Positions 10,665 to 23,420 of a DNA stretch of 64,000 nucleotides are shown one piece after another (within the stretch, counting starts at the first letter, position 1; each line of letters opens with the position of its first letter). The stretch covers positions 6,386,001 through 6,450,000 of the forward strand of contig CM106585.1 of the NCBI GenBank assembly GCA_048013815.1. Direction: 5' to 3'. The notes under the pieces are model-generated. The model was not told the DNA's origin. It was given only the letters and a program-made list of their open reading frames with translations, and did no database searches. A program made the position numbers and the translations under genes. This DNA comes from Setoptus koraiensis. Taxonomy: Eukaryota > Animalia > Arthropoda.

Positions 10665-11376
10665 ATGTCGGATTCACTAGATGATTTTTTTGCTAAGAGG
10701 GACAAGAAAAAGGGATCTAACAAAGGCAAATCACAATTGACCTCAGAGGCCTTAGTTAAAGAACTGGAAGAGGGAGCCAAATTACCTGATTACCCCATTA
10801 GAAAAGATTTGAAAGCGTCTGCCCTTTCAAGTGAGCTTCTCGGCCTGGATGCTGTAAGTATTGTGGTTGCATTTTGTGGCTGTCATCATATTCTAAAGCA
10901 TTCTTTTCATGATGGATGCAGGTTTGTTCACACATGCTGACAAAAATAAATTCTCTATTTCATTTTTATAGGATGATGCTGACTGGAGGGATTTCGAGGA
11001 TGTCGACAGGAAAGATTATAGTGGTTTGAAAATTCAAACTATTTCCTTAGAAGATCAAAACGAAGAAGAATTAAAACGTCTTCAAGCGGAAAGGTACGAG
11101 GCCAATCTCGATGCATCTGGACCATGGAATACTGCAACTGACAAGTCCGCTGATAAGTCTGGTGATAATACAAGTGCAAAACCAATTGAAGAGAGCAAGC
11201 CTGAGCCAGAGCTTCCGCCTGTCGCCCCTGCTAAAGCTGAACCATACCGACCACCCGGCGAAAGGGCTAACTCTCAGAATCTAGAACGTGTCAAATTGAG
11301 CACAGTTAAGAGAAACCGACTTGCTCCTTCGACACCTGACATATCTGATCAGGCGTCGTTTCCAAGTTTGGGCTAA
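10665..11376 (+). CDS. CDV3: CDV3 homolog, 2 exons (10665-10853, 10972-11376), 197 aa
   Basis: SLDDFFAKRDKKK N-terminus, DWRDFEDVDRKDYSGLKIQ across the in-frame GTAAGT...TTTATAG intron, and a C-terminal PDI...FPSLG motif. Confidence 0.88.
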
Positions 11377-11465
11377 TTACAGATTATTGGATTTTTGATT
11401 ATCGTAATGGAAATGCCGAAAAATAAAAACAATTTATTAGAGTACACTGAGAATCACATACATTT

Positions 11466-11819
11466 CTATATTATAATGTGGCTATGGTGTGCATGGAATA
11501 TATGAGACATTGAAATGTAGAGCTCCTTGTTGAACAGAGCCGTTTGTTTCTGGTCGAATTGTTTCACAGAGGTAGCCTCTATTTGTCCTCTACTGACCAA
11601 CTTGCCACCAACCTCGGTTAGACGGTGAGGCTCGATGAGAGTGTTGTTTCTTTTCAGGAGTACTATCATTTGTTGGTCGTCTGGCAATCTGAGAGTTAAG
11701 GTGTTTACGGCTGTGTTCAAAGATGTGACTTCTCCTATTACGCAAACAGTTTTACCAATGTACATATTAGCGTTCTCTCCAATGATTCTCCAGTGAGTTT
11801 CTTGATTTCTTCCTGCCAT
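11466..11819 (-). CDS. RPA3: Replication protein A 14-kDa subunit, 117 aa, intronless
   Basis: RI...YIGKTVCVIGEV N-terminal pattern and EVGGKL OB-fold strand; size fits RPA14. Confidence 0.8.
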   Translation of the reverse strand: MAGRNQETHWRIIGENANMYIGKTVCVIGEVTSLNTAVNTLTLRLPDDQQMIVLLKRNNTLIEPHRLTEVGGKLVSRGQIEATSVKQFDQKQTALFNKELYISMSHIFHAHHSHIII

Positions 11820-11880
11820 GATGAGAGTTTTTGTTTGATGTAATAAAAATAATGCGGGATAATTGGTAGGATGATAAAAT

Positions 11881-11930
11881 AAGGATATTGGGCTGATGAT
11901 AAAATACGGATATTGGGCTGATGATAAAAT
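11881..11930. repeat. 2 x 25-bp direct repeat AMGGATATTGGGCTGATGATAAAAT just upstream of RPA3
   Basis: Direct reading. Confidence 0.9.
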
Positions 11931-13055
11931 CGACTACCTTTCAGAAATGAAGCGGGTAAATGGCGAGCAACAATTATGTGCGTGGCGCCATGATTTGAAA
12001 AATACACCAACAATGCCGCAAATGGTAGGTGACATATTCACACATGAAGGGGGATACGAATGCATTAGAGTTTACGCCGATTCGAAGATTACCCCCAATG
12101 CGTGACTTTTCCTGACAATTCTAGCTGCGTTCAAAAAGCGCGGCCGGTCGCAATTGGGTGAACCCCATTGTTCTGTGTGCATTCTTTCTGGCGCGCATCC
12201 GGTGGCTTTTTTCCGGACCGCTAGGGCGGCGCTCATGTATTTTCGTAATCGGCGCAAGTGATCTGGCAGAGTAGTTATCAATGGCGGATTCAATGGCATG
12301 CCAACAGGTAATGCGCGTTACGTTCATCTGCAATCTGCCTCATTGCGCCCTACAGCACGCAATGAAAATAAGACAAATGTTCATCGAGACACCAGGCCGT
12401 TCGCTGCGCAATCCGACGGCGTTGCGAGCGCCTCTAGCGGTTGTTTTCGTAATCTAGTGAACGAGCTCTGGAAAAACCTCATAGAGTGACGAAAAATGGC
12501 GCGATTGACAATGGGAGCTAAAGGGAGCTGCGAGAGGCAAAGAAACCTCCCACCAATTAATAATGATGTGCGGCAAGGGGAGGGGTATTTACAGAGGTGT
12601 CTGTTGGGGGAGGCGTGACAGTTTATGGAGAGACGGCCCAAAGTGAAATAGTTTGACTCGGCCCCAGTTTAGCCAGCACCTCATTTTCTCTTTTTATTTA
12701 TACCATTACATGTGTCGGGCAAAGAAATATCTGCGAGGCAACTTAAATTGTGCTCTGAACAAATGCCAGATTCAGGGCAAAGGTGTGCCCTAAATCTGGC
12801 CAAAAATGTGGCCACACAGCGGTGCCAATTTGAGAGAACGGGCATGACTCCAGGGGCCGCTTCCGGTTGGAATCGTGCAACATCGGGGTCCGAGGCCGAA
12901 GGCGATCGTCACAGCTGCCCCGAAAGGAGTGCCTCTGTTCAGGGGCCGGCCCTGTACAGCACATGTTCTAGATCGCATTGTTGCGGTGCCTATATTTTCG
13001 TGTCGGCATCTCCCTAGGCTAACTTTAAAATATCAGCCGCCCCAACTAACCTCTA

Positions 13056-13057
<2 letters not shown>

Positions 13058-13103
<46 letters not shown>
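13058..13103. repeat. (CT)23 microsatellite
   Basis: Direct reading. Confidence 0.95.
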
Positions 13104-13109
<6 letters not shown>

Positions 13110-16100
13110 CTAATCCCCTCATCTTGCCGGCACAGCAACACAAACAGAGAGCATCCATCTCTAAAAGAGAAATTGTCAATTAATTTCGAGTATTCGCCGA
13201 GCTTTGCAAAGGTTAACATGCTTACGCTAGTTTCAGTTCAAGGTTCGCACGCGCTTGCCAAGCAATCATTTTCGCTATTTGGGCCTGTTGTTGACGAAGC
13301 CCCCCAACGTCGCCCAATAGGCGAGCACTCGGCTTCTATCGTTTCGGCTACTGTCACAGTAGTTGGCATGCATCTGAACGAGAGTGACGTCGATGAAAAA
13401 GGTTGAAAAGGATGAGAGCAAAAAAATTGTACAAAGAAATCTGATGCTGCACGTATATTTGTGTTTAGAGTGTCACAAAAAGCAGTGTTTGATTGGTCGA
13501 CAAGGACATACTTGCTTACCCATAGCGAGCGCAGTGCGATAACTGAACGCTATTATGTTACCTGTGTCAATATATTGCGCCGTGGAGCCCCAAAGGTCTC
13601 GAAAAACTTCAATGGACCTCTCTGTGCAGCGCATCATAAAGCCGCCGTAGTGCGGCCAAAGTTTGTTGCAGCTCGCCACCCGAAATAGGGATGCTCGGAC
13701 ACAGACACATTAGGCAAGGCTCATGAATACAGGCAACCATAACGACGACCATAGTTGTTGTTGTTAGACAACAACAACAACAACTAGGCCAACAACAGCC
13801 ATGCCGGCCCTTGCACATTGTATATTGGATAAGATCGCGCGTGGGCATTATCCTGTATTGTGGCCATGCGCTCTATATATATATATAAATTTGTTCGTTA
13901 CTTGCAAACAGTTTGGGGCTCCCTCTCATGGTGGCGGCATCCGCAATGGCTTAAGCGCGGCTCACCTAGCCTGGCGGAGTATATAGAAAACGGTGTATAG
14001 GGTAGGGCATACAGTAGCGGCAGAGTTGGTTGTAGGATGAGCGTTGATTCTTTGAATGTCACCATTAAAATAGGATAAAGTTTGCCCGTTCGTTCGTTCG
14101 TTCGTTCGTTCGTTTCGTTTGGCTGGTTCGCGCTACTTTCGGCCTAGTCAGATGATACTACGTTCGCTGGTCATGATGGCATCACATGTGGCCTTGATGC
14201 TTTAGTGCAAGTTAATCATTTATTAATAGCTACTTTTCGCCTCGGCATAGCTGCTCGCCATGTTGGCTAGATGGCCATCGATTGCATGGCACACATTGCT
14301 TGGCACTTGGCACTCGCTCACACTCACACTCACATGGCAAACACGGGCGCCTCATTTCGCATTTGGAGGCGCCCCGATGAGGCGTCAATTGTAGCAATAT
14401 GCACACATTATATCATATCTGATCACATTGAGTGGCGTCGCAGCGGCCCCATGTCGCATCGTATTAGCAGCCATTGACAGTTGCTTATTTGTTGTGCTGA
14501 CGTGTGCTCAGTGTGGGAGTAATATGATCTATCTTAATTTTATCATCACACGATTAAAGTTATGACACAACAATACGGCAGCACTGGCCAAGGGAGACAG
14601 CGAGGCGCACAGCGGCGGCCCCGGGAGCGGGCCTCGCAAAGAGGTCAACTCTCTTTCAAAGTGTCTACTCTATTTTTGTTTGCATTTCGGTTTGTGTGTG
14701 TGTGAGTGCTGTGATGAATTGCGGCCCGCTCATTATTATTAATATTACACACTGTTATATATGACTGTATAATATGACTACTTCTAGCCGCTGCCATCAC
14801 CTGTATAACGGTGCTGTATTCCGGACGGCATTTCGGGCTGCAACCAGGGTATTAGTGGGCCACTGTCAGCCAGCCAGCCAGCACACACACACGCACAACA
14901 ACATAATACCGAGTCAACTAACAAAGATATAGTTGCCTGTATGTTTACATACAAGCACATGCACATCACACTACCTGATACGTATTACGTAATGTACACA
15001 CAACATTACATGATGTACACATTTAAAGCGGCGCCAATCAACCAGCAACACCGACAACTGGCATTACGTAACAGCGAGCAGCAGCAGTGGCTGGCTGCTG
15101 CTGTTGCACCGTGTCCATACGCTTCCATATGGACACTTACAAATCTCTAGTCGCTATAGCCTAGTCACCGTATCTGCTGGTGGTGCTGGTGGTGTGTGTG
15201 TGTGTGTGTGTGTGCGTGTGTGTGCGTGTGTGTGTAGCCCACCTAGTGTATATCTAGATCTGTGTTTTTCTGTGAGTGTGTGTGCCATCTCTCATTAAAA
15301 CAAGTGAAGCCTCGCCATAAAACTATCAAAACTAGCAGATAGGCCATTATCGGCCATTGCGTAACGCAGTCGACAACAATCTAGTGGCGGGCAACCTATT
15401 AACGTTGTTGCAAAGTTTAACAAAAGTCATCTACTACAAGCAGTGAATTAATCTGTCGCTGGTGCCTCTGAGTGCCAGTTGACACTCGCCAGTGAGCACC
15501 GGCTAGCTGTTATTCACAGGTGAAAATTGGTGTCAAATTTATCATAATGCGCATACGTTTATAATTAGAATATTTAATGGATATTTGGCATAACTATTAT
15601 GGCATATTTAGCGGATATTTACAGCATATTTAGCCAGTGCTAGATTTAGTAGATTTGTGAATGTGGCACAACGACCAACGATCGACAACATTCGCCAAAA
15701 CGAGGCCCGAACACACACAAACACACAAAAATCCACGTTGGCCACGGTTAGCACGTGCAAAGTGTCCCAAGCAGCTTGGGGTCCGCGTGACGGCGGGACG
15801 CTTGTGAATCACAAGTTGTGATTGGCGAAGGTGAGTCACTTTACACTATCGTGTGATTAACATAAACTCAACGAGCCCAAAATAGTCAATTGTCGTGTGA
15901 CGTTGATTGATTCATCCAAATATCTGCGAACAATAATTACGGCTTGCGAATAAGTGTGTCGCTGTCGTTCGTCCCCAATTGCAGACAGTGCAAACATATG
16001 GCTCGTTTTATCGTCTATAGTAACCAATAATGGCAGTGAGAGTGAGTTGTTGCGCTTTTACCTTGAAGTTCAAGTGTGCCAATGAACAATTGCCATTGTT

Positions 16101-16625
16101 TGCATTGGCGACCACACTACCTATTGTTGCTGGCACACGCAACAACTATACTTAGACGACTATATTTATCAAGTAGTACTTTTGGCGATGGTTTACGTTA
16201 CAAGTGCGACAACAAACAGCGACACAACAGCCGAAATAGAGCCAATAACAACAATAGTAATAGCAATAATAATAATGATAATGATAAGATTGTGACAAGA
16301 TATTGCCTAGTCTTGACGGTGTTTCACGCCAAACAGGCCAGATTGTCATCAATGTACGGCGCTGATCAGATAATATATGCGGCGCATATATGGTGGCACT
16401 GCGATTGCTCGACAGTTCAACCAACCAATTCAATTGCCAATTCGTCTGCTGGCCCCCAATTTGGTTTGTTTATCGCTCGCCGACTCGCCTGAGTGTTTTG
16501 CCTGACTGTGGCGAGCGAGCTAACTGGCGGTCTGGCTAACTGGTTGTCATTTATCAGTTGTCGAAATGATCGTGCCATCGTGGTTGCTGTTGTTGTTGCT
16601 AGCGCAAATAGCGTGGATAGTCGAA

Positions 16626-16692
16626 ACGCCTAGCAGTAATTAATCGACGCCTAGCAGTAATAATCGACGCCTAGCAGTAATAATCGACGCCT
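16626..16692. repeat. ~3.3 x 20-bp tandem repeat TAATCGACGCCTAGCAGTAA
   Basis: Direct reading. No unique spacers. Confidence 0.9.
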
Positions 16693-17025
16693 GGGCCACC
16701 TCTCGAGAGTCTCGACGACAGTGTTAGCCGGCGGCGAGAGCCTCGCCACTCGTCGGTGAGATGGCGCAACATGTAGCTCGGTGTTGTTGCTGTTGTTGTT
16801 GACATTCTAATTAACGCCTTTATCGCTTGTTAGTGGCTTATCCCTGTTGACAGACACACTTGTGAGCAGATGCAATCTTGCTAATCTCGCTAATTGTCAT
16901 CTTGGTGCAACCAATGGCGCGCACACCTCAACTGCATGCAACTGTCGCCGGCTGCTCTTTTGGCAATAATGTCAACTACAGCGTCGTCATCTTGGGCCTT
17001 TTATCTCCCTAACGCAATGGAAAAT

Positions 17026-17108
17026 CTCATTGGCAAGTTCTCATTGGCAAGTTCTGATTGGCAAGTTCTCATTGGCAAGTTCTGATTGGCAAGTTCTGAT
17101 TGGCAAGT
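17026..17108. repeat. 6 x 14-bp tandem repeat CTSATTGGCAAGTT
   Basis: Direct reading. Units differ only at the C/G position. Confidence 0.95.
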
Positions 17109-19670
17109 GCGCAATTCAGGCTGCAGCGAGCAAATGTCAGCCAAGCGAGCTCGAGCGATTGGACAACTTGTTGGCTTGTGGCGGCCACTGGAGCACCAAC
17201 GCGGAGGTCCGACGGGTTGCCCGCGATCGCGGGTGAGTCATCGCGGGTCGATTTGAATGAAGGCGAGCTGGAGTGTAACCTGTTTTTGCCCGCAGGAAGC
17301 CCCGTCGTGGTGATAGGCACACGCTCCAACATTGTGTATGTTTCTCGCCACCGCAACATATTGCCTGTAATCGCTTGCGATCGGCATAATCTGCTCGGCA
17401 CAAGCCAGCTTGCATCTGGCCCGAGCATGCGGCGGCGCGAACATCCTTCCGTGACTGGCTACAATAATTCCATTGGCAATCAGCTAGCGACGAGCAGCCC
17501 GAATCGGCGGCCCGGCAGCGCGCTGTTCGGGCAACTGCTGGTTGATCGGGCTCGGGCTGTGCCGAGCCCGAGCATTTTGCGGGCGCGAACAAGCCGCCTC
17601 TGCAAGTCTCTGCAAGTCGAGTCAAGGATACGCACGTCGAGGATACGAGTTTTGGATGACGCCACAATAAGATGGCCGCATCATTGCCACTGGAGGTGCG
17701 CTGCAAACTTTGCAACCACTTGCCGCCGCTGGAGTGAGTTGTTGAGATGGCGGCAACTTGTTATTATGAGCTCATGAGTTTCGCTTGCGATTGCCGAGAT
17801 TGCTCATGTTGGCGCTGTTGGCGCTGTTGCCGCCGTTGCCGCCGTTGCCGATGTTGCCGAGATTTGCGAGATTGCACACACACGCACTCGTGATACCATC
17901 ACGGCGATACTATCGCGGCGATAGGCATGCCGAGTCTTGGCAGCCATTCGCCGATCAGCAACCCTTTTCGTTTGTCGAGAAAACTCGCTTGCAAGAAACT
18001 TTCCCCTGTCTAAATATAAATCTTCCATTTTCTTCTCGAGCTAAAACAACAACAACAGCGGCAACAACAACAGCAGCAGCAACAACAACAACGACAGCAA
18101 CGAGTTTGCCGCAGCCTCTTGCCAACAATAACAAGTCGCTTGGCCAGCCTTGAACTGGCTGCACTTGTGACGCGCAACAATTCGCAACAAGTCAACGGCA
18201 AACGCCAATGCCAGCGCCAGCAATGGCACAAAAATGGCGTAAGAGCACCTGTTTCCTGTCCAAGTGTGTGTGCTGGCTCTGTTGGCGAATTCAAACTTCT
18301 TACAGGCTCGGCTGGCTGGCAATCGCCGGTTTTTAAAGCGCCGCCACCGGCTGTAAAGCAGGCGGACAGGTGTGCAATGGCATTGGATTACAGGCTCATA
18401 GTATGTTGATTTTAATAATATTCGCCATGGCCGAGCCAATCGGCGCTAATGAAGGCAACTATCCGCGCATTTTCGGCCTGATGATGATTTTAAAGCCGCC
18501 CAGTGGCAAGCTGGCACAATGGCGACGGATGCAGCCGTGCAGCAGCGAAAATAAAGCGAATGAAGCGATAGACGACATGGCAACGATGGCAAAAGTGAAG
18601 GTTAACTAGATGGCTCGATGCCGAAATAATGCCACTACTCCTTCACTACTCATACCTGGGCCTGCCGCTGTGCGATACAGCACAAGGCTGCCACCATAAT
18701 ACTGCCACAGGCTGCCGCATAATACTGCCACAGGCTGTGTCATGCCGTAATACAGGTGTATTATCCGGACTGTCGTAGAGTTTTGTTGCTGGCGCACACG
18801 CCACAATAGACGAGACAAGAACACGTCGGGTTAGTCGGCAAAGTCGCCCACAGAGTGCGATGGGAGCATCGCAGTTGACGACACACAACAACCAATCCAA
18901 TCCAATCCAATCCAATGCCAGCCAGTCAGTCAATTGGTTGCGAAAACGCATCAGAAACAAGAAAAACTTGCCAAAAGCCAAGGGATGACATGCAACAAAT
19001 TGCACTTGCCAACTCGCAATCATCTCGCCATCGCAAACAAGCGCAACAAGCGCCAACAATGGCCCCACTGCACACTATACTCAGCAATACTGAGTCAGTA
19101 TGCTGTTTACAATGCCTATAATGCTCGTCGCAGATTCTACCTAGTATTAGTAGTAGTCTAGTAGTAGTAGTCTAGTAGTAGTAGACGCAGCGGAGGCAAA
19201 CTTGTCAACCGACGCAACACAAGCAGCCCGAAATTGAGGCCTCTCGACATGAGGCAATGCGCGCGTTGTTGTTGGCTGTGCATTTGCATTTGCATTTTGC
19301 AGCTCGCTTTATTTTGCCATTTTCCATTTAAATTAATTTAGTCAGCTGTTGTCGTTGTTGTTGCTGTTGTTGTTGGCGTCGTTGTTGCTGCTGTTGTTAT
19401 TGGCGTTGTTGTTGTTGGCGTCGTTGTTGTTGCGCGCAATGTTGTAGACAACAAACCAATCAAGTGTGTAGCTGCCTCCTCCGCTGCCAACACTTTCCAC
19501 TGCAGCCCCGACAACAAGCAACCAGCGTGGATGCAGGTAAAGTGCACTTGTCCCGATTGTGCTCGCTTATCGGCTGTCTTATCGCTCGCTGGTTTCGACA
19601 AGAAAGGAAAGGAAGTTGCAATTAGTTGTCTCTCACAATGCAGCCGAGCAGCGCATGTATTTGGCGGCAG

Positions 19671-19730
19671 TTGGCTGTCGTTGGCTGTTGTTGGCTGTCG
19701 TTGGCTGTTGTTGGCTGCTGTTGGCTGTTG
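19671..19730. repeat. 6 x 10-bp tandem repeat TTGGCTGYYG
   Basis: Direct reading. Confidence 0.9.
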
Positions 19731-22700
19731 TTGGGAAACATGCAACAACGAAAATAGACAACAATGGAGACAACAACGACAACTAAGGCCAGAGCAACAT
19801 ACAACAGCCATCACGACGACAGCCACAACTACAACAACGACAACGACAGCCACTACTGCAACAACGACAACACCAACAGCGACACCAACGACAATACGAC
19901 TACAACAAACGATTTCGCCATCCCCTTTGCTCTCATGCTCATTCTCAATTAACCTTGACCCTGACAACCCCGCCATTGGAGGTTGTTGGTGGCGGCAGCA
20001 GCAACTACTGCCACTAATATCCACTCCAACAACAACAGCAGCATGCCAACGGCTAACAAAGTGCTGCTTGCCGGCAGCATAATAGCTAGACGGCCTGTTG
20101 CTCAGGTGAGACTGGCTGCCGCTTGTGTTGTTTAGTTGTTGCACCAGCCAGTCAGCCAGTTCGTCAGCTGGGCATCAGCTTGTTTCCTATTTGCGTTTCC
20201 GGCCCGGCCCGGCCCGATCCAACCCGACACACACAAACACTGCCATTATATACGCTAACACTATATTAATATTACTATTATTGTTGTTATTAATATCTGG
20301 TTTGTGTGTGTGTGCATTTCATCAGCAGCGATTCGCCAATCATTTGCAATTGGACTCAAACTCATTCAAACTCATTCATCGAGCGCGGCTCTCGGTCCGA
20401 ACTTTAGCCGGCTAGCCAGACAAACAGATTGCTGCTTGTTGTCGGTGTTGCAACGGTCGCAACTTGATGGGTCGCCTAATAGTCTTAATGGCTTGCTTAA
20501 TAGTCACACCAACGACTAACGACCAACAATGCCGGTATGGTGCCAGTAGGCGGTTGAGGCCAATCGTTCACTGTAATGATACTAATTACTTATAATTTAT
20601 TTATAATTTATCATTACGATGGCGGCTGGAAAGCCCTTCTCGTCTGGCTCGTCGTCTCACCTGGTGAAATTTGTGCTCTGTGATCGCAAATTGATTTAAT
20701 GCGGCCTTTGTGATCGCTGTATCGATGATTGGCATGATGATAGACGACGAGTTGGTATAGGCGAAACAAAATTGAAAATTGCACCAGCGTTTACATTGAT
20801 TGCGATGAGATAGGAACGAGCCGCAATCAGCGCACTTGTTCGGGTATGGCACACGGGATACTTAGGCCAAAGCAGCAAATGGTCATTTGTGCAACGCAAA
20901 CGAAAACGACAAGACCCCACGAGAAGACAGCAATGGCAGGTGAAAGGCACGAGGCTGTATAACAACATTAAATAACAAAATGCAATTACCTGTTGCGCAA
21001 CCGGCCATATGTTGCCATTATCGTTGTTGGTCCATTATCGTCCAGTTGGCCATTGGTTCATCTCGCAGCCAATTGGTTTCAGGTGAATCAATTCAACTGT
21101 AGCAAACTGCTGCAACCTGTTGATGCTCAACAAGCTGCCGGCTAGTAGTTATCGAGCATACATAATGCTGTACCTGTTTGTTGAACGCGTATTTGCAATT
21201 TTGCTCGCCTGAGCGCTGAAAGTGAGAAAGCTTGCAATTTTTCCATTATTTTCATTATTTTATTCTGACTTTGTGAGATCACACACCGATAATTAGGGGA
21301 AGTGATAATGGCGCTGCTACTGCTGCTGCCGAAAACTACTTTGAGTCTTCTGGGCCAACTCTTTCGCGCCAACTCTCACGCGTCGCTCATGCGTCGCCTT
21401 GAGAAAGGCCATCGTTGTTTGTTAGACTCAACTATCCATTTATGTTGTCTCTCTTTTTTTTCTCGCCATATTTTCAGTGAGTTGAACCAGTGGAAACAGC
21501 GCCACAAGTTTTCTTTTCGTGGTCGGCCGATTCTTGATTATCCGAGGGATTGTGGTTACAAGCTCGCGCGATCTTGCACTCAAATGAACTCGTTGCTCAA
21601 GGTGGCGGCTTTTGTGATTCGCAAAATTAAAAAGAAACAACAACAACAAAAATATTTCTTTTCGGGATAATTGTCCAAGTTGGCTCAAGGGTGCAGATCG
21701 CGTCTGTGCCCCGCCCAAAGTCCACTGCTGCGCCTAGCTCACAACAGATTGTCGGCGCAATTGTCAGACAGATCAACAATTGCGCCGGGCCAATGCTGCC
21801 CACGACACAATTGCGGCTTAAAACAAGCGGCACGACAAATCTCGTGAGTCTTATGTAAGCAGCGCAATATATGGCAAATTTGCGCCAGCGAGTGGCTCAG
21901 TTTTTGTCCTGTAGCCCGGGTTAGCATGAGAGGGGCCCCAATCTGAGATTTCTCAAGTCATATGAATGTCATGGTCACTGTTGGGCGCGCCCGACAGATG
22001 GGTACCGCGAATCCGTGCACAGGCAGTGTCAAAAGTCCTGCTCCTTAGCGTGCATGTGCGCTGCTAGCGCCGGCAAAAGTCTTGCTACTGGCAGTCGCAT
22101 AGGATCAGGATCGATTCATGCGTGGATACGGCACAAGCACATGTTAACACCAGCCAAAATGACGCTGCTGCGAACGAGATCAATGCGAATATTTGTCGGC
22201 GCAGGAAGAAAAGGCAAAATATAAGCCCGAGTTGACGACAACGACGACGTTGAACTTGACTAGTCACTAGTGTCTTGGCAGCTCTTGTGTGATACGATTG
22301 AGAGAAAAGGAAAGGAGATGAAGGGAAATTTTGTTCACGCGCAAAGCGAATAGTTGCTGAATAATGCTAACGCTCGCGACTAACTAGCGAATAAGTGCGA
22401 CTATGACGATACAAGTGACAATACACGGCCAAGGCAGAGTTTAAGTTTTCTAGTCGCTTGACTATATAAAGTTTATATTGTAAACTATTTAGAGGGAATG
22501 TCGGATTCGTGTCGTTGTTGTGGCTGCAGCAAAGAAGGCAGCAGCAACATGATGGCGCAAATCAAGTTTTGGTCTCTTGTCGCAGACTCACCGGATATCA
22601 TGGGCATAGCGATGGAAATGGGTATGTACTCTTAAGGTTGATAAATCTAACAAGCGAATGTTGGGCGTAGAGACGCGACTCAGCGAGCGACTTTACTTGT

Positions 22701-23387
22701 TGTTGGTTGCATAAAGTCGCCGTATGCAGCCGCATACAGCCGCATACGGGAGAGTCGACTGTGATTTGAGTTGATGTTCACAGCGCGCATATTTTTTGTA
22801 TACATACGTTTTGCAAAAGTGAGCATAAAAGTATATAAATGCTCATGAGTATACAATTGATGGATGGACGGACGGCGGCGGCGGCGGGGGCAAGGGGAGT
22901 AAGAATTGCAAACAATATTAAGCTGCGTAGAGGGAGCGAGAGACAGAGGATAGAAACGATCATTAATTAGTGAGTCAGTGCAAGGCAACTCGACTCACCG
23001 ACGACACGACGATGACGCACACTAGTCAAATCGCTTTGCTCAATCTATTTATAACAAACGAGACGACTGTGCCGAGAGAAAGGATAAAGAGGTGGGGTTA
23101 CTCACTTGCACTTGTAACTCCGGCTGGCTGGCTGGCTCATAAATCGTTGGAAGAGATAAGTTATTTAGAATATTACAGTTCTCAGTATTATCAGTTTAGA
23201 CACACACAAGACACAAATAAGCGAGAGTATGTGAGCTTTATATGAGCTGCTTATACATGCATTCGCACAAGCCAATAGATAATATGGTAATAATAATAAT
23301 GATAATAATTTGAGTTGTGCAGTCTGATTAAAGGTGGTGTTATCCGTTGAAGCAAACAAACACTACACGATCGCCTTGAATCAACTT

Positions 23388-23420
<33 letters not shown>

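Noticed and set aside
12218-12440. CCGCTAG...GGCGC motifs resembling CTCF sites
   Set aside because: Both copies have the wrong spacing (one base short or long) relative to the CTCF core.
11896-12489. One reading frame broken only by two TGA codons, with VYAD and VVINGGFNG faintly like an APE endonuclease
   Set aside because: Motif spacing is wrong, no other LINE features or SECIS are evident, and two stops in ~200 codons is within chance.
13046-13060. CTAACCT twice as a telomerase RNA template for TTAGG
   Set aside because: It is too short, adjoins a (CT)n tract and has no pseudoknot context.
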